Assembly: GCA_040755455.1 (NCBI GenBank)
Contig: JBFMAY010000011.1
Location: 24,330 to 88,329 of the forward strand
Reading direction: 5' to 3'
From: Thermodesulfobacteriota bacterium
GTDB taxonomy: Bacteria > Desulfobacterota > Desulfobulbia > Desulfobulbales > SURF-16
DNA: 64,000 nt
In this document: one piece after another, positions 41,658 through 51,217 of the stretch
Position numbering within the stretch: position 1 is the stretch's first letter
How the letters are laid out: every line of letters starts with the position of its first letter
Notes under the pieces: generated by a model
Seen by the model: only the letters and a program-made list of their open reading frames with translations
Told to the model about the DNA's origin: nothing
The model's database searches: none
Translations under genes and position numbers: made by a program

Positions 41658-41727
41658 GTAGCTGCTGGCCTTGCCCGCGATCACAGGCATCTTGTCATGG
41701 AATCGCGCGGGCATGGCCCGCTTCTAC
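41658..41727. repeat. Second, more degenerate copy of the REP doublet
   Basis: GTAGCTGCTGGCCTTGCCCGCGA (41658-41680) and GCGCGGGCATGGCCCGCTTCTAC (41705-41727). Confidence 0.72.
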
Positions 41728-41783
41728 TGTGCGCCTTATGGCGAAAAAGACTTTCGACTAACCCATCAAACACAAGGCATCCC

Positions 41784-42944
41784 ATGAACGCCATATCCCC
41801 ATGCACAACAGTCCGGGCCTGCGCCGGTTCACAGTCATGCCGGCAGTCAGGAAAAGCACTTGAGCTGCCGGTGGCGGCCCGCGTCAATGCCAGGCTGCGC
41901 TCTACCTCCACGGCCAGGACCCCCCAGGCCATGCTGCCGCAGGGGGCGGCGAACCGGCTTGACGACTTGCTCAGCCGGGGCGCAGACATCGGCGAGGTAC
42001 AGCTCAGCGGCCCTGGTGATCCCCTGGCAGATATCCGTCCCACCCTGGAGACCTGCCGCCTGGTGCGGGACAGACATGCCGACCTGCGGCTGGGTATCAC
42101 CACCCTTGGCATCAACGCTGAGGCCTATGCCGATACCCTGGCCGAACACGGGGTATGCACGGTCACCCTGCTGGTGGAGGCGGTTGACCCAGAGCTGGTG
42201 AAAAACCTCTATGCCTGGATCCGACCCGGCACCAGGACCATTCCCCTGAGTCAAGCGGCCCCCATGCTGGTGGAGGCACAGAAGCGGGCCATTACCGCCC
42301 TGCAACGGGCCGGTCTTACGATCACGGTCAGGACCACGGTTTTCCCAGGCATCAACGACAGCCACGTGGCGGCAATCGCCGAACGGATGGCCGAGCTGGG
42401 AGTGGGGAAAATGGTCCTGGCACCCTGCCCGGATGAGCCGGACGCACCCAATGCGCCGGACAGCGCCCGCATGGCTGCCCTGGCCGGGCTGGCAGGCCGC
42501 TATCTTGCCACGGAAATCATTGCCCCGGCCGCGGCCGACCTGGGCGCCACCCGAGCTGCGGCAGGAGGCGCGGCGGCTGGCATGCTGCCGCAGCCGAGCC
42601 CAACGCGGCCCAACGTGGCGGTGGTCAGCGCCACCGGCATGGATATCGATCTGCACCTCGGCCAGGCCGGCCGGGCCCTGATATACGGGCCCAGGGAAGA
42701 CGGCCTGCCCTGCCTGCTGACCACCCGGCCCCTGCCCCCTCCGGGAAGCGGCAGCGTCAGGTGGGAGAAGCTGGCGGATTCGTTCACCGACTGCTTTGCC
42801 CTGCTCACCTCAGGCGCCGGTGACAATCCACGAAAGGTTTTAGCCAGCCACGGCATCACCGTGCTCGTTACCGACGGCAATGTGGAGGGCACGGTGGACG
42901 CGCTGTACGGCGGCGGCAAAAACGGAAAACAATGCCGCAGATAG
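41784..42944 (+). CDS. NifB paralogue lacking the radical SAM CxxxCxxC motif, with C-terminal NifX-like domain
   Basis: ELPVAARVNARLRST replaces HLPVAPKCNIKCNYC; SGPGDPLA, YAWIR, PGINDSH and DLHLGQA are retained. Confidence 0.85.
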   Translation: MNAISPCTTVRACAGSQSCRQSGKALELPVAARVNARLRSTSTARTPQAMLPQGAANRLDDLLSRGADIGEVQLSGPGDPLADIRPTLETCRLVRDRHADLRLGITTLGINAEAYADTLAEHGVCTVTLLVEAVDPELVKNLYAWIRPGTRTIPLSQAAPMLVEAQKRAITALQRAGLTITVRTTVFPGINDSHVAAIAERMAELGVGKMVLAPCPDEPDAPNAPDSARMAALAGLAGRYLATEIIAPAAADLGATRAAAGGAAAGMLPQPSPTRPNVAVVSATGMDIDLHLGQAGRALIYGPREDGLPCLLTTRPLPPPGSGSVRWEKLADSFTDCFALLTSGAGDNPRKVLASHGITVLVTDGNVEGTVDALYGGGKNGKQCRR

Positions 42945-42987
42945 CGGCGTTCATAAATGAAAAGCACTCAACAAAAAGGAGAACACC

Positions 42988-43293
42988 ATGGCAATTCCCA
43001 AACGACAGATACTTGTGTGCCAGAGCTTCCGGGCGGCCGGCGGCGACCCCAAAGGCCTCTGCCACAAACAGACCGACGGCTTTCTGCAGTACATCGACGA
43101 AGAGATCCTGGACCGCGGCCTGGACTGCCTGGTCACGGCAACCACCTGCCTCAAGCAGTGCGAATCCGGCCCCATCATGGTCATCCACCCGGAGAACTGG
43201 TGGTTCAAGGGGGTGGACAGCACCGCGGCCATTGACGCCATCCTGGACGGTCTCGAGGACGGTGAGCCGGCGGCGGATTACCTGATCGGCTGA
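42988..43293 (+). CDS. Thioredoxin-like [2Fe-2S] ferredoxin
   Basis: ILVCQSFR...GLC...TTCLKQCESGP; AGGAG RBS. Confidence 0.9.
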   Translation: MAIPKRQILVCQSFRAAGGDPKGLCHKQTDGFLQYIDEEILDRGLDCLVTATTCLKQCESGPIMVIHPENWWFKGVDSTAAIDAILDGLEDGEPAADYLIG

Positions 43294-43300
43294 ACGACAC

Positions 43301-43734
43301 ATGGCTGCGCCCATGGTGATCATCCGTGCGGCCCGTCCCGCCGACATTGACAGCCTCACGGCCCTGCTGAAAATCCTCTTCAGCATCGAAGAGGACTTTA
43401 TTTTTGACGAAACGCGGCAGCGCCCGGGCCTGCGTGCTGGCGGCCGAGGCGGATGGCCAGGTCATCGGCATGTGCTCCGGCCAGCTCACCGTGTCCACCG
43501 CCGAGGGCGGCCCAGCCCCTGCTGGTGGAGGATGTGGTGGTTTTGCCTGACTGGCACGGCCGGGGCATCGGCCGCCGCCTGATGGAGAGCCTCGGCGCCT
43601 GGGCCGGAGAACAGAGGGTAAGGCGGCTCCAGCTGCTGGCTGACCGCAACAACGGCCCGGCCCTGGATTTTTACAGCAAACTCGGCTGGCAGACCACGGA
43701 GCTGATCTGCCTGCGCAAACGCCTGCCGCGCTGA
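43301..43734 (+). pseudogene. GNAT N-acetyltransferase broken across three frames
   Basis: IIRAARPADID..EEDFIFDETRQR / RACVLAAEADGQVIGMCSGQLTVSTAEGGPA / LLVEDVVV..WHGRGIGRRLM..NGPALDFY. Confidence 0.8.
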
Positions 43735-43761
43735 AAGGGGCGGCGGGAATAAGGATATCGA

Positions 43762-44229
43762 ATGACCATGGCACAGGAAAATAATACCCATATGTCACCG
43801 GCTGCTGGCCGGTCCGGCCTGATCGGCTTCAGCGATATCAAATTTCAATCCATCAAGGGCTGGGAAGAATACCTGCGCGAGGGGGAACAATACCTGACCA
43901 CGGCCCGCCGGGCCTTTGCCGGTCAGCGGCACGCCTTTACCGCCGAGATCCTCTACAACGTCATCGCCATGGCCATTGAAAAACTGGTGATGTCCGCCCT
44001 CATGCAGAGCGGCCACCTGCCATACAACCATACCATGCGTGACCTGGCGGCAGCCATGGAGGAACATTTTCCCGGCCGGCTGGGCACCATCAGGGAACGG
44101 CTGCTGGCCCTTGATACCTACCAGGAAATCTGCGACCTTGACACCTACCACAGACAGCCGCCCACCATGGAGGAAATCCCGGCCATGCTCGGGCTGGCCA
44201 TTGAGCTGCAGGAGCTGGTGAGCCGATGA
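43762..44229 (+). CDS. HEPN-like domain protein
   Basis: MAIEKLVMSAL...PYNHTMRDL pattern; start uncertain. Confidence 0.65.
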   Translation: MTMAQENNTHMSPAAGRSGLIGFSDIKFQSIKGWEEYLREGEQYLTTARRAFAGQRHAFTAEILYNVIAMAIEKLVMSALMQSGHLPYNHTMRDLAAAMEEHFPGRLGTIRERLLALDTYQEICDLDTYHRQPPTMEEIPAMLGLAIELQELVSR

Positions 44230-44346
44230 AACTGTTTACGGGCTAGGGAAGTAAGCGCTAAACGAATTTAATCCGACACCTCTCACATCCGCAGATCATC
44301 CGGAAATTCCGATGACAAATCGCCGCTCATCACCAGCAGCGTATAT

Positions 44347-46095
44347 TCAGCATTTATCACCAGTCATCTTCAAAAGTTTGCCGATAAAATGATGAACATC
44401 CTCATGAATTTCATCGGGGCTCATGCTCATAGCAACCTCATCACGAATGAGCTGCAAAGATGGTGAGCCAGTTCGAAGTTGGTGGAAAAGTGAGTTGTCA
44501 TCTTCGAACAGAATTCGCTTCCCATCGACCACCATGAATATATTTGCCGTTACGTTTCGCCACGTTTTTCCAGCGGGCAACGTCAAATTCTGATCGGAAA
44601 AAAAATTATTGATGGTGTGTAACACTGGATACGCAAAAAGATTGTCTTCTTTGCTTTTCATAAGCTGGAGAGCTGCTCGCTTCCAGGCATCAGGAACCAA
44701 CAAGTAGTTTTCAATATTTTTTCGCTTCCACTCGGTTAATGTAAGGTTATCAGTAGGGGGATGAAATGCATTGGCGCTATTGTCGTAGTCGAAGAGCATT
44801 AATCGTGAAACCTCAGGGATGATCTGCTGCAATGCTGCGTAATGTTCATCCGCCCTGTTTTTCATGTTCTCTTTGCCGCCACCCCCCATCGTCTTGAAAC
44901 AGACTTTGTCAATCGCTACCTGCGCACAGCATTGAGCTGCCCAAGCACGAAGAATACGTTCATCGCTTTCCCCTTCCACATAGAGAATGTAGGGCGATGC
45001 CATCAGCCTTGCTATTTCTTCGTTGGTAACTTCCGACATTGCTCTCAACACTTCCGGTGTTGACTGAATACGCCTTGGCACTTGACTCAGCAGCGAGACT
45101 ATTTGACTGGCATCAACACCTCGCGCAAACTCCTCTGCATGTGTAGCAATCAGAAACTGAGTGTTTCTCTCAAAAGATTTTCTTTTGAAAAAATCGAGAA
45201 TCTCACGTTGCAAGTTAACATGCAGATGAGCATCTGGTTCATCAAGGAGTATGGTGGTGGGTTGATAACCATACAGAAAGGCCAACAGAGTCAGAGTCTG
45301 GTGGAACCCGCTCCCCCCGGAAATAATGTCATAGTTTTTGCCATTTTGTCGATATTCAACGGTGATATAGACATCCCCTGCAGAGTCATATTTTGGCTCA
45401 CGAATTTTTACAGAGAACCAGCGTTCGGTTATAGCAGCCAGTTCCTGCCAGTCATTAGGCGATGGCCGTTTGACGATACGACCATCCGATTCTCTTTCGG
45501 GTGGGGGACACACCCGTAACAGTAAATTGCGAAGTACGCTTCCGGGTTGACCCTTCCCTACCTGCTGGCGAATCGGAGAATCATCTAGTTTTTTCTCGGT
45601 TGGCTCCAGGCCAGAAAAAGGGGGTACGTAGGCAATTTTGGGCAGGATCCCCTGCTTTTCGCATTCACGGAATTTTGCCCAACCATCGCTGGGAATTGCA
45701 TAAATTGTTTGCGGCGAGTGGTAGCGCAACTCTACGCCAAAAGAATCTGTCGCTCCAGTCTCCATCAGCCATTCCACCCGAATGCCAATCAGAATGTATT
45801 CCTGCTTTTTTTTGCCGTTGACCATAGGCCAATGCCGATCAGTTCTATCTTTCCAAAGCAGGTTAAATTCAGGAACCGGCAAAGCAGTAAAGTTTGGCAG
45901 GACCACCTGTACACCTTTTGTACCGCTGCGTTTCAATCTATGAAACTCATCAACACAGTACTGCCAGATTGCCAACGCCTGCAACACTGTGCTTTTGCCG
46001 CTGTTATTCCTCCCAATCAGAAGATCAAACTGGAAAAAGTCGTAGACCTGTTCACTTACACTTTTGAAATTACGTAGCGCTAATTTTGTAATCAT
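44347..46095 (-). CDS. ABC/AAA ATPase fused to a TOPRIM domain (OLD-like ATP-dependent nuclease)
   Basis: LRNFKS, GRNNSGKST, GGSG, LLDEPDAHLH, ATH, YVEGESD, LFDYD, NIENYLL; visibly AT-richer than the nif genes. Confidence 0.85.
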   Translation of the reverse strand: MITKLALRNFKSVSEQVYDFFQFDLLIGRNNSGKSTVLQALAIWQYCVDEFHRLKRSGTKGVQVVLPNFTALPVPEFNLLWKDRTDRHWPMVNGKKKQEYILIGIRVEWLMETGATDSFGVELRYHSPQTIYAIPSDGWAKFRECEKQGILPKIAYVPPFSGLEPTEKKLDDSPIRQQVGKGQPGSVLRNLLLRVCPPPERESDGRIVKRPSPNDWQELAAITERWFSVKIREPKYDSAGDVYITVEYRQNGKNYDIISGGSGFHQTLTLLAFLYGYQPTTILLDEPDAHLHVNLQREILDFFKRKSFERNTQFLIATHAEEFARGVDASQIVSLLSQVPRRIQSTPEVLRAMSEVTNEEIARLMASPYILYVEGESDERILRAWAAQCCAQVAIDKVCFKTMGGGGKENMKNRADEHYAALQQIIPEVSRLMLFDYDNSANAFHPPTDNLTLTEWKRKNIENYLLVPDAWKRAALQLMKSKEDNLFAYPVLHTINNFFSDQNLTLPAGKTWRNVTANIFMVVDGKRILFEDDNSLFHQLRTGSPSLQLIRDEVAMSMSPDEIHEDVHHFIGKLLKMTGDKC

Positions 46096-46488
46096 AGACA
46101 AATCACCACTTTGCAGTATACAAGTTATGTTTTTTTATACTTTGAAAACATTCATCACCTCATCCCCAAAACAAGCAAAGCCCTATATTTACCCTTCACT
46201 CTTCACAATTTTTTCTCACATCTGCTCAAAGGCTTCCTTCACCCTGGCACCCGGTCAACTGCTCCAGATTGTTCACACCGGGTTCCCCGATGACCAGCAG
46301 AAAATCTTACTCCAGCAAAAAAATCTCAACAACACAACCGATCTATGCAGCAAATACCCCCTGTCTGCCCAATAATCAAGCACATACTACTTCTTTATAG
46401 ACATACTCCGACAGAAACATCTCGACATCATCGGCAATATTCTTATTTTTCCCCCACACCCGACAAAATTGTCCCCCTCCTTCATTTT

Positions 46489-46504
46489 TGTAACCTTTCC
46501 GACA
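46489..46504 (+). promoter_or_regulatory. NifA upstream activator sequence
   Basis: TGT-AACCTTTCCG-ACA, ~100 bp upstream of the -24 element. Confidence 0.72.
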
Positions 46505-46602
46505 AATGTCGCGGTCTGCGCCAACGCGCATTCATTCCCGGCGAAACCATCACCGCCACATAACACCACGTAATCACACACTTTTCTCGCCATAATTTCT
46601 CA

Positions 46603-46618
46603 TGGCACACCCGTTGCT
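46603..46618 (+). promoter_or_regulatory. Sigma-54 promoter of nifENB
   Basis: TGGCAC-ACCCG-TTGCT. Confidence 0.88.
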
Positions 46619-46692
46619 AAAGCAGTGCTCAAACAGGACACAACAGCCACTACGGCATAATCGCATTTCCGCCATTTTCACATGGGACCACT

Positions 46693-48069
46693 ATGGAAGC
46701 CATTGCCTTAAAAGAGAGAGAAAACCAGATCTACCGCAAGGGGGATACGCCCTTTGAGATTACCTGCAACAAGGACAGTCTGGCCGGGGCGGTGAGCCAG
46801 CGGGCCTGTGTCTTCTGCGGCTCCCGGGTGGTGCTCTATCCCATTGCCGATGCCCTGCATCTGGTGCACGGGCCCATCGGCTGCGCCGTTTACACCTGGG
46901 ATATCCGCGGCGCGCTCTCCTCCGGACCTGAGCTGCATCGCCTGAGTTTCTCCACCGACCTGCAGGAGCGGGACGTCATTTTCGGCGGCGAAAAAAAACT
47001 CGAAAGAGCCCTCAATGAACTCATCGACCGGCACAGTCCCAAGGCGGCCTTTGTCTATTCCACCTGCATCGTCGGCATCATCGGCGACGATCTGGAGGCG
47101 GTCTGCCGCAAGGTGACCGAGCAGAAAGGCATCCCGGTCATTCCCGTGCAGTCCGAAGGGTTCAAGGGCAACAAGCGCTCCGGCTACAAGGCGGCCTGCA
47201 ATGCCATGTTCCGCCTGATCGGCACCGGCGACACCAGGTGCATTAGCAAGCACAGCATCAATATCCTGGGCGACTTCAATCTGGCCGGCGAGATCTGGAT
47301 GGTGCGCGACTATTTCAACCGCATGGGCATCGAGGTGGTGGCCAACATCACCGGCGACGGCCGCATTGACGACATCCGCCGGGCCCACGGCGCGGCCTTG
47401 AATGTCGTGCAATGCTCCGGCGCCACCATGGATCTGGCCAACATGATGGAGGAGAAATACGGCACCCCCTCCATCCGGGTCTCCTATTTCGGCATCGAGG
47501 ACATGTCCGAGGCCCTCTATGATGTGGCCCGCTTCTTTAAAGACCTGGAGATGATGGCCCGCACCAGGGAACTGATCCAGGCAGAGGTGCGTACGATCCA
47601 GCCCGAGCTGCAGCGCTACAAAAAGGCGCTGACCGGCAAAAAGGCGGCCATCTATGTGGGCGGCTCCTTCAAGGCCTTTTCCCTGGTCAAGGCCTTCCGG
47701 CTCATCGGCATGGATGTGGTGATGGTGGGCTCCCAGACCGGCTCCAGGGAGGACTATGAGGAGCTGGCCCAGATCACCGATCCGGGCACCATCATTGTCG
47801 ATGACTCCAATCCCCTGGAGCTGACCTCCTTTCTCAAGGAAAAAGAGGTGGATGTCTTTGTCGGCGGGGTTAAGGAGCGGCCCATCGCCTACAAGCTGGG
47901 CGTGGGCTTCTGCGACCACAACCATGAACGCAAGGAGGCCCTGGCCGGCTTTGCCGGCATGCTCAACTTCGCCCGTGAGGTCTATTCGTCGGTGATGAGC
48001 CCGGTGTGGAAATTCGTGCCGCGCAAGGCAAACGGAAACGATCAAACGTTTAAACGTTTCAGCGCTTGA
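46693..48069 (+). CDS. nifE: FeMo-cofactor scaffold NifE
   Basis: SQRACVFCG, HGPIGC, STCIVG, NVVQCS. Confidence 0.94.
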   Translation: MEAIALKERENQIYRKGDTPFEITCNKDSLAGAVSQRACVFCGSRVVLYPIADALHLVHGPIGCAVYTWDIRGALSSGPELHRLSFSTDLQERDVIFGGEKKLERALNELIDRHSPKAAFVYSTCIVGIIGDDLEAVCRKVTEQKGIPVIPVQSEGFKGNKRSGYKAACNAMFRLIGTGDTRCISKHSINILGDFNLAGEIWMVRDYFNRMGIEVVANITGDGRIDDIRRAHGAALNVVQCSGATMDLANMMEEKYGTPSIRVSYFGIEDMSEALYDVARFFKDLEMMARTRELIQAEVRTIQPELQRYKKALTGKKAAIYVGGSFKAFSLVKAFRLIGMDVVMVGSQTGSREDYEELAQITDPGTIIVDDSNPLELTSFLKEKEVDVFVGGVKERPIAYKLGVGFCDHNHERKEALAGFAGMLNFAREVYSSVMSPVWKFVPRKANGNDQTFKRFSA

Positions 48070-48091
48070 TCGCTTGAACGTTTAAACGCTG
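48036..48091. repeat. 8-bp tandem array overlapping the nifE 3' end
   Basis: AAACGATC AAACGTTT AAACGTTT CAGCGCTT GATCGCTT GAACGTTT AAACGCTG; same family as the post-nifH array. Confidence 0.75.
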
Positions 48092-48111
48092 GCAAAAAAG
48101 AGAGAAACCCC

Positions 48112-49467
48112 ATGACTAAAATGCCCAATTACATATCAACGACCAATGCCTGCAAGCTGTGCAAACCCCTGGGCGCCGCCCTGGCCTTTCGTGGCATTGA
48201 AGGAAGCGTCCCATATCTGCACGGCTCGCAGGGCTGCGCTACCTATATGCGGCGCTACATCATCAGCCATTACAACGAACCGATTGACATCGCCTCCTCA
48301 TCGCTCAGCGAAAAACACGCGATATACGGCGGAGCGGCCAATCTCAAACTCGGGCTGACCAATGTCACCAAGAAATACCAGCCGCAACTGATCGGCATCG
48401 CCACCACCTGCCTCACCGAGACCATCGGCGATGATGTGCCGATGATCGTCAAGGAATATGAACGGGAAACCGCCGCTACCGCCAGGCCGCTCCTGGTCAA
48501 TGTCTCCACCCCGAGCTATGCCGGCACCCACATGGAAGGCTTCCACGCCGCGGTGGCGGCGGTGGTGGACCAGCTCGCTGAACACACTTGCGCCAACGAC
48601 ACCGTCAATCTGCTGCCCGGTTTCGTCTCGTCGGCTGATTACCGTTACCTGGCCGAGATCATGGCTGATTTCGGCCTCACCGCCACCATACTGCCCGATC
48701 TGTCGGCAACGCTGGACGGCCCGGCCCTGCTCGAATACGAGAAGATCCCAAGCGGCGGCACCCCGCTGGCAAGCATCCGGGACATGGGCGGGGCCAAGGC
48801 AAGCATCGAGTTCGGCCCCACCCTGGGCAGCGGTAAAACCGGCGGCAGCGTGCTGGCCCGGAAATATGGGGTGACCAATCACCGGCTCGGCCTGCCCATG
48901 GGCATCACCGAAACCGACCGCTTTTATGCCTGTCTGGAAACCCTCAGCGCCCGCCCGACCCCGGCAAAGCATATCCAGGAACGGGGCCGGCTGGTGGACG
49001 CCTATGTGGACGGCCACAAGTATGTGTTCGGCAAAAAGGCCATTATCTACGGGGAAGAGGATCTGGTGGTGGGGCTCACCGCCTGGCTCGCGGAAATAGG
49101 AGTCATGCCCATCCTGTGCGCCAGCGGCGGCAGAAGCGGCTCATTTGCCGCGGCCATCGCCGCGGTGACCTGCGGCGTGTTGAGCGAGCAGCCCCTGGTC
49201 TATGAAGGGATGGATTTCTTCGATATCGCCGAGGAGGCCGAGCGGTTGGGGCCGGATCTACTGGTGGGCCACAGCAAGGGCTATCCCCTGGCCCGCAAAC
49301 TGAACATCCCGCTCATCCGGGTGGGGTTCCCCATCCATGACCGCATAGGCGGCCAGCGCATCCTCCATCTCGGCTACCGGGGGGCGCAGCAGCTCTTTGA
49401 CCTGGTGGTCAACAGCCTCATCGACAAGAAGCAGGGCGATTCATCCGTCGGCTACAGCTATATGTAA
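48112..49467 (+). CDS. nifN: FeMo-cofactor scaffold NifN
   Basis: NACKLCKPLGA, HGSQGCATY, TTCLTETIGDD; follows nifE. Confidence 0.92.
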   Translation: MTKMPNYISTTNACKLCKPLGAALAFRGIEGSVPYLHGSQGCATYMRRYIISHYNEPIDIASSSLSEKHAIYGGAANLKLGLTNVTKKYQPQLIGIATTCLTETIGDDVPMIVKEYERETAATARPLLVNVSTPSYAGTHMEGFHAAVAAVVDQLAEHTCANDTVNLLPGFVSSADYRYLAEIMADFGLTATILPDLSATLDGPALLEYEKIPSGGTPLASIRDMGGAKASIEFGPTLGSGKTGGSVLARKYGVTNHRLGLPMGITETDRFYACLETLSARPTPAKHIQERGRLVDAYVDGHKYVFGKKAIIYGEEDLVVGLTAWLAEIGVMPILCASGGRSGSFAAAIAAVTCGVLSEQPLVYEGMDFFDIAEEAERLGPDLLVGHSKGYPLARKLNIPLIRVGFPIHDRIGGQRILHLGYRGAQQLFDLVVNSLIDKKQGDSSVGYSYM

Positions 49468-49535
49468 GCAATCTATTTAGCTGGTTAAAAAAAACATAAT
49501 TATCAATTTATCAATATCCAATTCCGGAGCTTGTC

Positions 49536-50807
49536 ATGAAAAAAGACTACCGTCATCATCCCTGCTTCAACGCCGAGGTCAAAGGCCAGTTCGGCCGGGT
49601 GCATCTGCCGGTTGCCCCGAAGTGCAACATCAAATGCAATTACTGCAACCGGAAATATGACTGCGTCAACGAGTCGCGGCCCGGCGTCACCAGCACCATC
49701 CTCACCCCGCAGCAGGCCCTCACCTATATGGACAGGGTGCTGGAGCGCGAGCCCCGCATAACCGTGGCAGGCATCGCCGGTCCCGGCGACCCGTTTGCCA
49801 ATGCCGAGGAGACCCTGGAAACCATGCGGCTGATCCGGGAAAAATACCCGCACATGATCCTCTGCCTGGCGAGCAACGGCATGAACCTGCCCCCCCACGT
49901 GGAGGCCCTGGCCGAGCTTGACGTCTCCCACGTCACGGTGACGGTGAACGGCGTTGATCCGGAAGTGATCAAAAACGTCTACGGCTGGGTGCGGGACGGC
50001 AACGTGGTGTACCGCGGCATCCAGGCGGCGGAACTGATCCTGGCACGGCAGCTGCACGCCATTGCCAAGCTCAAGGAGCATGATATCACGGTCAAGATCA
50101 ACACCATCGCCATTCCGGGCATCAACGATCATCATATCGAGGAGGTGGCACAAAAAATGGCGGAGCTGGGGGCCGATCTCTTTAACTGCATGGCCATGTT
50201 CCCAAATGTGGACACCCCATTTGCCGATATCCCGGAACCGAGCAAGCAGCAGATGGCCACGCTGCGCAACAAGGCGGAGAAATACCTGCCCCAGATGCGG
50301 CACTGCACCCGCTGCCGGGCAGATGCCGTGGGCCTGCTGGGCCACGACAGGAGCGAGGAGATGCACGGCTGCCTCTCAGCCTGTGCCTCCCTGCCCGTCA
50401 TGCCCAAACAGGACAGGCCCTTTGTGGCTGTGGCCACCATGGAAGGGGTGCTGGTCAACCAGCATCTGGGCGAGGCCACCCGTTTTCAGATCTGGGAGCA
50501 AAAAGAGGACGGCACCTTTAACATGGTGGAAGAGCGGCCGGCCTCCCAGCCCGGCGGCGGACCGCAGCGCTGGCACAACCTGGCCCGGGCCTTGCGTGAC
50601 TGCCGCGCCGTCCTGGTTAATGATCTCGGCGATTCACCCAAGGAGATTCTGGCCAAAATGGGGGTCAAACCGGTGACCATGAGCGGCTTTATCGATATGG
50701 GCCTGGAGGCGGTATACAGCGGCAAGGATCTCAGCAAGCTCAAGGGCCGCCAGCACAAATGCACCTCAAAGGGGGCATGCTCGGGCGGCGGCAACGGCTG
50801 CGGCTGA
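49536..50807 (+). CDS. nifB: FeMo-cofactor biosynthesis radical SAM protein
   Basis: HPC, CNIKCNYC, ESRPG, AGPGDP, CTRCRADA; C-terminal NifX domain. Confidence 0.96.
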   Translation: MKKDYRHHPCFNAEVKGQFGRVHLPVAPKCNIKCNYCNRKYDCVNESRPGVTSTILTPQQALTYMDRVLEREPRITVAGIAGPGDPFANAEETLETMRLIREKYPHMILCLASNGMNLPPHVEALAELDVSHVTVTVNGVDPEVIKNVYGWVRDGNVVYRGIQAAELILARQLHAIAKLKEHDITVKINTIAIPGINDHHIEEVAQKMAELGADLFNCMAMFPNVDTPFADIPEPSKQQMATLRNKAEKYLPQMRHCTRCRADAVGLLGHDRSEEMHGCLSACASLPVMPKQDRPFVAVATMEGVLVNQHLGEATRFQIWEQKEDGTFNMVEERPASQPGGGPQRWHNLARALRDCRAVLVNDLGDSPKEILAKMGVKPVTMSGFIDMGLEAVYSGKDLSKLKGRQHKCTSKGACSGGGNGCG

Positions 50808-50854
50808 TGGCCGGAAAAATGACTGGAACATGAACAACACAAAGGAGAAGAGCA

Positions 50855-51175
50855 ATGCAGATAGCGATCGTTTCCACGGACGGCAAGCATGTCAATGACC
50901 ATTTCGGCAAGGCAAAGCGCTTTCTCATCTATGAGGAGGGCCCGCAGGGGCTCACCCCGATTGCGGAGCGGCAGGTTGCCTGCCTGTCAACCGGCGACAA
51001 ATCCCACCAGTTTGATGCGGCGCGTTTTGAGGCCGTGGCCCAGGCCCTGGCAGGGTGCCAGAGGGTTTACTGTACCCGCATCGGCGACCGGCCCGGCCAG
51101 GAACTTGAAAAACGGGGCATCAAGCCGGTTATTTATGAGGGGGAAATTGCCGCCATCCGCGCGGCTGCTGGCTGA
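50855..51175 (+). CDS. NifX/NifY-family FeMo-cofactor binding protein
   Basis: IAIVSTDG..VNDHFGKA..FLIY, IGDRP. Confidence 0.85.
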   Translation: MQIAIVSTDGKHVNDHFGKAKRFLIYEEGPQGLTPIAERQVACLSTGDKSHQFDAARFEAVAQALAGCQRVYCTRIGDRPGQELEKRGIKPVIYEGEIAAIRAAAG

Positions 51176-51217
51176 TGAGCAACACCATGCCCAAAAGCGG
51201 GGGAGAGACGGAGCGCC

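Noticed and set aside
46216..46370. Possible degraded minus-strand ORF (…LLVIGEPGVNNLEQL…RVKEAFEQM)
   Set aside because: Interrupted by stops and too short to assign.
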